Assembly: GCA_963786215.1 (NCBI GenBank)
Contig: CAWAYK010000008.1
Coordinates: 166,693-206,692, forward strand
Direction: 5' to 3'
Origin: an uncultured Acidobacteriota bacterium
GTDB lineage: Bacteria > Acidobacteriota > Terriglobia > Acidiferrales > UBA7541
Length of the DNA stretch: 40,000 nucleotides
A model generated the notes under the pieces. That model saw only the letters and a program-made list of their open reading frames with translations. It made no database searches and had not been told where the DNA came from. This document shows positions 9,358 through 17,606 of the stretch, piece by piece. The translations under genes and the position numbers were made by a program. Numbering within the stretch: position 1 is the first letter of the stretch; each line of letters begins with the position of its first letter.

Positions 9358-10507
9358 TTATTTCGGGTTGCCAAATGTAAGCCGCAGGCCTGTGGAAATA
9401 AGGAGATCATTCCCCTTAATTCCATCCGGCGGATTGCTGAGAAAATTGTCACCCAGGCTGAACTGCCAGCCCAGCCACTTGCTGATCGCGGTGGAGAGTA
9501 CAGTATTGAATGTGTACCGGTAGCCGCTCGGGCCGGAGAGGTTCGGGAAATAATTAAATGTTTCGGTGAACGTGGATCGGCTTCCGAGTTTAGCGTCAAA
9601 CTGTTCACCAGCATCGGCTTCCGCGTTTCTTTGAGTGACGGCGGCAACCGTGATCGTAGCGGGCGGTGGCGTCGGATTTGCCGCGAGGAATGAACCGAAA
9701 AATTCCTGGTTATATCCCGCACCCGCAAAGACATCGAACTGAGCGGTTTTTGTTTTAATGACGTGTCTGCCGAAGCCGCCAGTTACTACATTTTGAAGAT
9801 CCAGATGCTGCAGCGCGTTGGTGTTAAAATCCGTAGCGGCAAAAGCAAACCATCTGGACGAGACGTTGATATCGGCGCGCACGCCACCCGTGATCTGGTG
9901 GGCAGTGACCTGGGACGGTGGCGGTATTTCAGTCTTTCCATAAACGGCGGTGGTATAGACCGTGATTTTGTCGCGGTCGGTTGCGCGAACAGCGTGTCCC
10001 GCAAGAGTATAAGAAAGCGTGGACGAATTTCCGCGAGTAACGCTCAGCCCTGTATCCAATGTTCCGCTCCAAAAATCGCCAAGGTGCGGGTGGCGCAATC
10101 GTTCGATCCCTGCATCGTAAGCGGCTTGTTCGGCGTCCGAGCGGATGACCTCAACGGAATCTTTGGAAGTGGATACGACGCCGGCGGATGTCGTGGTGAC
10201 CTGGATTTGTCCGTCCTTCGTGGCCACCGGCCCGTTGACCATCTGGCCGCCCGCAAGTGCCGACATGCAGCGGCTGCGTGGAATTGATCGTATCGACGGC
10301 TGCCCACTGTAGCGTAATTTCGCCGGCAAATTCTGTTTTAAGGACGAGCGTTTTCCCGTCCGATTTCTCAATCGTGCCCGTCAGGCGGTCGCCATTTTTG
10401 AGCGAAATAGTATCTGCGAAGATCGCAGGGGAGAATATGGCGATTGTAAGCAGCAAGAACACAAAGTTTCGGAACGTAGTTTTCAAGGGAACAAAACTCC
10501 TCTTCAA
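9358..10507 (-). pseudogene. DUF481 outer-membrane protein, split by one frameshift
   Basis: The N-terminal piece (10151..10507) has a signal peptide plus ISLKNGDRLTGTIEKSDGKTLVLKTEFAGEITLQW. It continues in another frame (9358..10371) as ALAGGQMVNGPVATKDGQIQV... The junction is near 10257-10266. Confidence 0.7.
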
Positions 10508-10791
10508 TTATTTAATTCAGCGAAATGGAAGGCACTCAGGCCGTGGGCGCGGCCGTGCGGCAAAATAAAATCGACTTAAACTGCAACTTTTTAGCCTGCC
10601 GGAAATGCCATTTTGCGGAACCGGACAGGCCGTTAATGTATACCAATGTTTCCTTGGAATTCAACGCTTCAATGGAGATTGGAAAGTTCATTGCCATAGC
10701 GATGTGCTGATAAGCGAAAGTGGAGCAGAGTACGCGCCGGAGTTGAACTGCGGACGTGAAACGGCTAGGCGAATAAAGCCCGGCGCACAAA

Positions 10792-11070
10792 TTAATATGA
10801 CAATCGAAAGGTAATTTCTATTGGGACGCGGACCACTACAGGCTTGCCGTCGATGCCGTGAGAGGGTTTGAATTGCGATTGTTTGACCGTGTCAATCGCA
10901 GTTTCTTCCAAGCTGACCCAAGCTCGATCTGGACTGGGAACGCCAAGAACTTTCTTGTCTAACGTCAAGCTCTGGGCACATTGCTTCCGAGAAATATAAA
11001 TTCTGCGAACTTGCCTATCGCGAAAAGCCAGTTTCCAGTAAGACGACTTATCAAGACTTGACTTGGCGCT
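10792..11070 (-). pseudogene. TonB C-terminal domain remnant (no usable start)
   Basis: My translation of the minus strand gives ...LGVPSPDRAWVSLEETAIDTVKQSQFKPSHGIDGKPVVVRVPIEITFRLSY*, which resembles the TonB_C consensus. An upstream in-frame stop is present and there is no ATG. Confidence 0.4.
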
Positions 11071-11160
11071 TCAGGCGGTTGGGTTTAGAATGCCCCCGGT
11101 GCTTCATGAATATCTTCCTTCCGAATTCAGCTTGAATCGTCACATCGCAAAAGGAGTGTT

Positions 11161-11664
11161 ATGGCCAATAAAAAAATCGATCCGCTCAATAAGAAGCAGT
11201 ACGGTTCCGTTACGGCAATGCTAACGGTGACCGACGTGAAAGCGGCAGTGGCCTTTTATCAAAAGGCATTCGGATTTGCCAAACGAGGAATCATGAATGG
11301 CCCGGATGGCAAAGCAATCCATGCCGAGCTTACCCTCCGGGGTACTACATTAATGTTGGGGCCGGAAATGCCGCAGATGGGTGCACGCGCGGCGAAAACG
11401 ATCGGCGCCTCACCAACAAGTTTGTATCTGCTGACGGAAAATGTAGACAAGGTGGTGGCAAAGGCCCTTAAACTTGGGGCCACGTCCAAGGGACCGGTGA
11501 TGGATATGTTTTGGGGCGACCGGTCTGGAACCATCGTCGATCCCAATGGTTACATTTGGATGGTCGCTACACACATTGCACAACCGACCCCTAAAGAAAT
11601 GCAACAGAAGATGAAGGAACAAATGGCCAGCCGACCGGCAGCCCAAGCTGCAAGCGGCTCCTGA
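11161..11664 (+). CDS. VOC/glyoxalase-fold protein (PhnB-like)
   Basis: RBS AAGGAG. Blocks LTVTDVKAAVAFYQKAFGF, AIHAELTLRGTTLMLG and FWGDRSGTIVDPNGYIWMV. Confidence 0.85.
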   Translation: MANKKIDPLNKKQYGSVTAMLTVTDVKAAVAFYQKAFGFAKRGIMNGPDGKAIHAELTLRGTTLMLGPEMPQMGARAAKTIGASPTSLYLLTENVDKVVAKALKLGATSKGPVMDMFWGDRSGTIVDPNGYIWMVATHIAQPTPKEMQQKMKEQMASRPAAQAASGS

Positions 11665-11785
11665 GCAACATCCTTCAATCCCCGCTAACTCACGTGGCCG
11701 GATATGACCCTAAAATCGTCTTTATAGGTAACGGGTCTCCGGCCATTCCCACATTCCGAGAAGACGACATATCAGGACTTGAGAC

Positions 11786-12367
11786 TTACCGTGAATCACT
11801 CGTTCCGGTGAGAACGTCGCCGTACCAAGGCTGCGAAAATGCGCCGGGGTGAATCACGACGCGCACGGTATCACCCGGCTCTACGGCGGAATATATGTCA
11901 TCGCTCACGTTAATATTTTCTTCGATTCGCTTGTGATACCACAACAAGTCCACGGCCAGAACGCGGCCACCCCTTTTTTGTATCGCTTTAGCGACCACGC
12001 GCGAGGGAACGCCCATCCCCGGACTGGAATCTAGTATCCCATTCAGGAAGAAATAAGCTACGGGCGCATAAAAGCTGATTGTCACCAATACAATCATCAA
12101 CCTGACATAATTCGCGTAACGCATCTGACGTTGCCCAAGCATGTGTGCAGCCGCCAACGCTGCCGATAAAAATAGAAACGGGACCGCGAAAATTCTCGGA
12201 AAATTCGATACAAGTGGAGGATATATAACGACGGCCAATAAGTTTCCAAACGCAAAGCCGACTAGTGCAACGGGGAAGCAAAGAGACACGGTTTCTTCGA
12301 TGTCGGCCTTGCGTGCAACACACTCCCGCATTTGTCGCCATCGAATTCCAGTCCACATTTGGGACAA
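11786..12367 (-). CDS. Hypothetical membrane protein
   Basis: 193-aa ORF with about three hydrophobic helices and a soluble C-terminal domain. No recognisable family. Confidence 0.45.
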   Translation of the reverse strand: MSQMWTGIRWRQMRECVARKADIEETVSLCFPVALVGFAFGNLLAVVIYPPLVSNFPRIFAVPFLFLSAALAAAHMLGQRQMRYANYVRLMIVLVTISFYAPVAYFFLNGILDSSPGMGVPSRVVAKAIQKRGGRVLAVDLLWYHKRIEENINVSDDIYSAVEPGDTVRVVIHPGAFSQPWYGDVLTGTSDSR

Positions 12368-12676
12368 ATCAAACTCGTCGAAACTGGACCTTTCGTTGCG
12401 AGATTTTCACGGGTTTGCATTGGAAGAAAAATCCTGCTCCAGAAATTGCTAATTTCGACGCTTATTTACTTGCAGCCATCGGATACGCCCACGGGTCGCG
12501 CCTTTCGTGCACTTGGATTTTCGTGCATGCCAAGTTCCATGGGCTGCGTAAGAAACATGACGTAAATATGAGGGTTACACCGGGCAGCTGTGAGAAGAAT
12601 CCGCAAGTGTGCACGAATGGAGACAACTGGCCGGATTTTTGGCCGCATCACGCATAGCCGGAATGCCCGGCCACTA

Positions 12677-13935
12677 GATAGGGCCTGATAAACGGGGCGG
12701 TCTCAATGGGTCAGTGCAACACTTGCTTGCAGTTTATCTGCAGGAGTTTGAAATCCCAAAGTTTTTCTGGGACGCTGATTTAATTGCAGCGCCACCTCGT
12801 CGAGTTCTTCTTGAGAATAGACTGACAAGTCTGTTCGTTTAGGGAAGTACTGACGCAACAGACCGTTGGTGTTTTCGTTCGAGCCGCGCTGCCAGGGGCT
12901 TTGCGGATCGCAGAAGTAGACTTTCACTTCCGTGTCCACCGTGAAGCTTTTGTGCTGGGCCATTTCCAGCCCGCGATCCCAGGTCAACGAGCGGCGCAAA
13001 GTTGCGGGCAGCTTGCCAACGTGTTGGCTCAGCGCGGCGACCACGGTCGCCGTATCTTTGCTGGGCACTTTGATCAGCATGACAAATCGCGAATGACGCT
13101 CCACGAGCGTCGCGATGTGACTGTTCTTGGTGCCGCCGATGAGGTCGCCTTCCCAATGGCCGGGGATGGCGCGATCTTCGATCTCTGCGGGCCTTTCTCG
13201 AATGGAAATGGCGTCGACGATTTGACCCTTGTGGTGCCCGCTATCCCGCGCGTGCCGCGAGCGGCGAATTCGCCGCTTGAAGCGAAGATGCTGAATCAGC
13301 TCTTTTTTCAGCACTCCGCGCGCTTGAATGAACAGGCTGCGGTAAATCGTTTCGTGCGACACGCGCATGCTCTCGTCCTCGGGATACTCACTCTTCAGCC
13401 ATCCCGGAAACTTGTTCCGGCGACCAGTCCAGGATGAGTTTACCCGCAACGATCTCTTGCAGCTTCACGTGCAGGGCAAGAAGGCAGCGCTTGGGCCGCA
13501 AGGCCGACTCCCAGGCTTGCTGATCGGCATCCGTTGCTCGATACTGAGGTCGCCCGCCATGGCGGGCGACCTCTCGGCTCACCGTCGACACCGCCCGCTG
13601 CAATCCTCTGGCTATTTCACGAATCGACGAACCGCAAGCAATCCCCGTGAAATGTTTTCCCGCTCCGCCAGCGTAAGTGTCAGCGGTGAGCGTCGCCGCA
13701 CGGCTGGAGCAATCCCGCCATGCTGCGCCAACATAAATTGAATCGACACATGATCTTTGCTGAAGGCTCGCCCAATCTCATGCAACGACTGCCCCGCCTT
13801 CCAGCGACTCCACATCTCGTTCCGCTGCTGCTCAGAAAGCTTGAACCGCCGCTTGAATCTCATCAACACCACCTTATAGAAAAAGATTTATATCAGATGG
13901 TGTTGCATCGACCGGTTGAGCTGGCAGGCCTTATC
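12677..13935 (-). mobile_element. IS30-family insertion sequence, decayed (boundaries approximate)
   Basis: Imperfect terminal IRs: gatagggcctg...ggtcagtgcaac (12677-12720) against the reverse complement of 13902-13935 (gataaggcctg...ggtcgatgcaac). The transposase stop lies inside the IR, as in IS30. Confidence 0.55.
12703..13872 (-). pseudogene. IS30-family transposase, interrupted by two frameshifts
   Basis: Three pieces in frames 0/1/0. First is the HTH part (SLHEIGRAF). Second is IACGSSIREIARGLQRAVSTVSREV...WSPEQVSG. Third is WLKSEYP...VSHETIY plus the DDE core (HWEGDLI, TWDRGLEM, QRGSNENTNGLLRQY). The frame shifts sit at C/G runs 13643-13646 and 13403-13405. Confidence 0.85.
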
Positions 13936-14057
13936 GTCATGTGGGAATTGGCGGAAAGCCAGATGACGAGACAAAAATTTGTGGGGACTTGGCCGTCGGT
14001 TGTGCTTCTGGCATTCCGTTGGTCTCTGGAGTAGGCTTATATTTTGGTGGAGAACGT

Positions 14058-14420
14058 ATGAAAACTAATTCGTTTGCGATTTTCTTGTTTGTTTTTCAGC
14101 TTTTGACGGGACCTGCGTGGGCCGATGACATCAAGGAAGCTGACTATCCCGTTCATTATGAAGTGCTCAGCGCCAGCAAGACCGACAAGGTCGTGATTCA
14201 GAAAGTCTGCTCGATGTCGCTGCGCGACCAGGCCAACCCAAACGTCATCATCACCGTATCGAGAAAGCGTATCGGGTCCTGTCCCGTTTTGCCTAGCGGT
14301 GGGGTCTATAATGGTCGGCAAAACGCGGAGAAGAATACAGTTGAACTTGTAATACTCGTTGGCGATACCAAAGCCAGAGTCGAAAGCTGGCACATCGATG
14401 CAACACTTAAGAATCCATAA
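14058..14420 (+). CDS. Small secreted hypothetical protein
   Basis: ATG 14058 after GGTGGAGA. Signal peptide MKTNSFAIFLFVFQLLTGPAWA. No recognisable family. Confidence 0.5.
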   Translation: MKTNSFAIFLFVFQLLTGPAWADDIKEADYPVHYEVLSASKTDKVVIQKVCSMSLRDQANPNVIITVSRKRIGSCPVLPSGGVYNGRQNAEKNTVELVILVGDTKARVESWHIDATLKNP

Positions 14421-14609
14421 TAAACCTGCCGCAGCTGAATCATGACGCAATTCCCATTTTCCGGGAAGACGATTTCTCGCGACTTAGCTCCGTGGGAACT
14501 TGCACCGTCTGTCTTGCGAACTTGTATATTGACGATGAGTTCTATCGCAAATTAGAATTTGTGACTGCGGTTCACCAGCCCGTTCCGTAACTGAGTGAGA
14601 AGGGACGGC

Positions 14610-15713
14610 ATGATCAACGCAGAAGAGCTTTTCGCAAGAATTTCCGCCAGCACTCTGGCACGCTTCGCTCTCGCGCTCTTTGTAACACTCCTGGCTTTGC
14701 TCATCGGTCGTGCGACGAACGCTTTGGCTAGTGACACCCCGGCATACTGCATGGCGTTTATGGCCGTGGCGTTATCTGGCTGGTTGTTCGGAACTGGGCC
14801 CGCCATGGCGAGCCTTACGTTGTCGCTGCTGACGGTAAACCATTGGCTCATCCCTCAGCCCGCTCCGCTGCGAACCACACAAGCAGCAGGCTGGATCAGT
14901 CTTGCTTTGTTCCTGCTCGCGGCGATTTTGATCATCCTGATCGGGGAGACAAATCTTCGCAAACAGGAACGCTTGCGGAACGCCGCGGGACGGCTCGAAG
15001 AAAAAGTTCGGGAGCGGACAGTTGACCTCGATCAGGCGAATGACAGCCTGCGACAGCTCACCGGGCGTCTGCTGAATTTGCAGGATGAGGAAAGACGGCG
15101 TATCGCCCGGGAATTGCACGACAACGCTGGGCAAGCACTCTCCGCCCTTGCGATGAATCTCGGTGCAGTCGGAGAAGACCTCGGACGGATTTTGAAAACC
15201 GCTGGCACCGTGGCAGACAGTGCCAGCATGGTCCGGCAGATGAGCGACGACATCCGAACGATGTCCTACTTGCTCCACCCGCCGCTCCTTGATGAGATGG
15301 GACTCGCTCCTGCCCTCAAGTGGTATGTCGAAGGATTCGCAGAACGAAGCAAGATTGCTGTCGACTTACGGTGCAGCCGCGAGATTGGGCGGCTTCCCCG
15401 AGAAGTGGAGACAGCCATCTTTCGAATTGTGCAAGAATGTTTGATCAATATTCATCGTCATTCGGGCAGCCCGACCGCCGCGATTCAGATCGATTCGGTG
15501 GACGATTTTGTACGACTCGAAGTGAGAGACAATGGCACAGGGATCTCGCCCGAGTTGCGTCGCCAGATGGAGACCGGCGGCACGATTGGAGTGGGCCTTC
15601 GAGGCATGCGGGAAAGGGCGAGCCAATTGGGCGGCAGTCTCGAAATCAGTGCCGACGAAACACGCCAGGGAACTTGCATCATGGTGCGGCTGCCAGCCAC
15701 AGAAGCCGCTTAG
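14610..15713 (+). CDS. Sensor histidine kinase (HisKA_3 / NarX-LiaS type), no adjacent response regulator
   Basis: N-terminal membrane domain, a coiled coil, the H-box RRRIARELHDNAGQ, and the ATPase blocks GVGLRGMRERASQLGG. Confidence 0.85.
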   Translation: MINAEELFARISASTLARFALALFVTLLALLIGRATNALASDTPAYCMAFMAVALSGWLFGTGPAMASLTLSLLTVNHWLIPQPAPLRTTQAAGWISLALFLLAAILIILIGETNLRKQERLRNAAGRLEEKVRERTVDLDQANDSLRQLTGRLLNLQDEERRRIARELHDNAGQALSALAMNLGAVGEDLGRILKTAGTVADSASMVRQMSDDIRTMSYLLHPPLLDEMGLAPALKWYVEGFAERSKIAVDLRCSREIGRLPREVETAIFRIVQECLINIHRHSGSPTAAIQIDSVDDFVRLEVRDNGTGISPELRRQMETGGTIGVGLRGMRERASQLGGSLEISADETRQGTCIMVRLPATEAA

Positions 15714-15923
15714 ACACAGCCTGCGCAGAGTCAGATGAGCCTGGATTAGGATCGGCTGCGAACCGCCAACTAATTAATTTTCGCAACAACGCACAATTGA
15801 CTTCTGTCTGAGGTTCGGAGGATGAAGAGCACCGCGGTCTGGTCAGCTCGAAACATTTGGGGCGAGCATTTTGCCACCGGCGTATCCGAACTCTGGATAG
15901 TGGCGCATTTTGCGAGCAAATTC

Positions 15924-16069
15924 GCCCTCTCCGTCCCGAAAATCACGGGACGGAGAGGCCGCTACAAAACCGCAGTGCCTTGCAGTTGCTTTCGTAGAGG
16001 CCGCCCGACTTTTCGGGCGGGCAGCCTTTTTGCCGCAGCGCTGCAAAATTCAAATTGATGCACTACCCT
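15924..16069 (+). repeat. Extragenic repeat element, copy A (hairpins plus terminator-like 3' part)
   Basis: The last 90 nt are about 87% identical (78/90 by hand count) to 37531-37620. The final 27 nt, gcaaaattcaaattgatgcactaccct, are identical. Contains a 12-bp stem (cctctccgtccc/gggacggagagg) and a stem ccgcccga/tcgggcgg followed by ttttt. Confidence 0.6.
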
Positions 16070-16074
16070 GACTA

Positions 16075-16088
16075 TCCGAATCTTTGAC
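16075..16088. repeat. Left copy of 14-bp target-site duplication of the casposon
   Basis: tccgaatctttgac is identical to 29020-29033, in direct orientation, immediately outside the TIRs. Confidence 0.85.
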
Positions 16089-16125
16089 GGGTTAGTGTAT
16101 GGCGACGGCAAAATGCCCCCTCCCC
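16089..16125. repeat. Casposon left terminal inverted repeat
   Basis: gggttagtgtatggcgacggcaaaatgccccctcccc is the exact reverse complement of 28983-29019 (37/37). Confidence 0.9.
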
Positions 16126-16251
16126 TGCTTTCAGCGTCAATACCCTCGCGAGCGGCGATGGCGATACATAGAATTTCAGCACCCCCTACGGTATTATCGA
16201 AGTAGCAAGTCACTGTGTTATACGATATTGAATGTTAGAGGTGTGCACACA

Positions 16252-17562
16252 ATGTCGCCATTTGTGCGAGGACGTATTATCCCGGAGACCGAAAGTGCGG
16301 GTCGAGTAAAGGCGCGTCTTGACGTATTGTTATGGCTCCCTCAAATCTCCCGAGCTGACCTTGCATCGCTGGATGCTATAGAGGTCTTGCGGAGTTATCT
16401 TTCTTCGATTGACCCAATTCGTTGCTCGATCAATTTGTGGATACCTTCGTCGTTTGTTGAGGTTCATAAAGGGTTGGCTTCAATTGGGATTGAGTTCGGG
16501 GTCGTAGGGAAAGTAAATCTTTCGTCCAAGGCAACGGACGTGTTGGGAGTCAACTCCCCGCCCGAACTCCTGGAGATTGCTTCGACCGCGCTCAGCGTGG
16601 ATGCGGATGTTGTTGTTACGTCGAATCCTGATTGGTTTCCGTATGCAATGGAGCTCGAAAAAATTTATACGCTGCTTACAGATTGTCAGACTCTCAAACG
16701 TCAAGCTGAGATTTTTGTGCGGGGGCACGATGTTCCTTGGTCATTTGAGTACATCGTCTGGAGTCAAACGTGGAACGGTTTTTATCAACTAAATGAGCAG
16801 CGTACATTCAAAACGGGAGTGGATTTTTTGGCGAGCGCCCGCACGAGGCAACAGGACACGGACACTCAGGAAGCGGGACGTTCGCTCGTTCACAATTGGT
16901 TGGCAAACTTATGTTTCACAAGAGATAGGCTACTTTTTTATGATATGCAGCAGACCGTTTCGAGGCGCGTTGAGTGGGAACGCCAGGAGTTTCTCTTTGA
17001 GACAGGCTACTACCTCAATTTCTACTATTTGCTGCTTCATGGAGGGGCCGATCATCTGGCGCTTGTTGTAAATGGTGCGCTTAGTCTCGGACTCCCACCC
17101 AAGAACGTAGGTGCAACATACGCTGGATTCTTGGCCGCTTTACTCGCCAAAGCGCCTGAGATTCACGCACACTTTACGGAGCCACGATTTCTGGACTTCT
17201 TAGAAAGGGTATCGGCGTTGCGGCACTATGCTGCGCACCGTGGATCGATCGCCCCAGGTAAGATTTACGAAAAGCTTGACCCTGAGCCTACTAACGCAGA
17301 GCTAGATGCCGAGATTGGTAGGCAAGGTTTGGACTACTTCCTAGCGGCAGTTCCCGATGGACCGGTTCGCGGTGCATTCAGGGCAACGCTCAGGTATAAA
17401 ATGCTGATTTCCATGTCGAAGCTAACTGCCGAGGGCGTAGTTTTTCTAGAAATGAAAGGTAAATGGCATTACATAAGGCCGATGAGCGACATTGAGTGGA
17501 ACTTTGAACGGTTTCACCATTTCATGAGCGCCGTGCTGAAGGACCTAACAGCTAGACTCTAA
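16252..17562 (+). CDS. Hypothetical protein (436 aa) at casposon left end
   Basis: Start placed at ATG 16252 with GAGGTG 8 nt upstream; the track start at 16099 lies inside the TIR. Contains the string ALRHYAAHRG (R-x4-H). No family recognised. Confidence 0.55.
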   Translation: MSPFVRGRIIPETESAGRVKARLDVLLWLPQISRADLASLDAIEVLRSYLSSIDPIRCSINLWIPSSFVEVHKGLASIGIEFGVVGKVNLSSKATDVLGVNSPPELLEIASTALSVDADVVVTSNPDWFPYAMELEKIYTLLTDCQTLKRQAEIFVRGHDVPWSFEYIVWSQTWNGFYQLNEQRTFKTGVDFLASARTRQQDTDTQEAGRSLVHNWLANLCFTRDRLLFYDMQQTVSRRVEWERQEFLFETGYYLNFYYLLLHGGADHLALVVNGALSLGLPPKNVGATYAGFLAALLAKAPEIHAHFTEPRFLDFLERVSALRHYAAHRGSIAPGKIYEKLDPEPTNAELDAEIGRQGLDYFLAAVPDGPVRGAFRATLRYKMLISMSKLTAEGVVFLEMKGKWHYIRPMSDIEWNFERFHHFMSAVLKDLTARL

Positions 17563-17606
17563 TTTATTTTGGATAGCGCCTTTAGGAATGGTGAGACAAG
17601 TCATCA

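Noticed and set aside
12265-12657. 130-aa plus-strand ORF between the membrane protein gene and the IS30 element
   Set aside because: It overlaps the 5' end of the 11786..12367 gene in antisense. Its composition (rich in C, W, H and R) is not protein-like, and I could recognise no homology.
15859-15900. Possible relic of an older casposon end (ggggcgagcattttgccaccggcgtatccgaactctgg resembles the right TIR plus TSD)
   Set aside because: Only a 10-nt core (gcattttgcc) and tatccgaa match. A 9-nt gap and many mismatches are needed, so chance cannot be excluded without statistics.
15800-16088. tRNA or other known RNA gene as the casposon target
   Set aside because: I could not fold a cloverleaf, and there is no T-loop GTTCRANNC-type motif. 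The sequence belongs instead to a repeat with a second copy at 37486..37620.
15962-16213. Minus-strand ORF whose peptide (HQFEFC...KRLPARKVGRPLRK.LQG) resembles that of ORF 37387..37614
   Set aside because: The similarity comes from translating the two copies of a hairpin-rich extragenic repeat. One of the ORFs also runs across the TSD and TIR, so it cannot be a conserved gene.
16099-16251. N-terminal 51 codons of the track ORF 16099..17562
   Set aside because: This start lies inside the 37-bp TIR. The internal ATG at 16252 has a GAGGTG RBS at proper spacing, so the shorter ORF is preferred.
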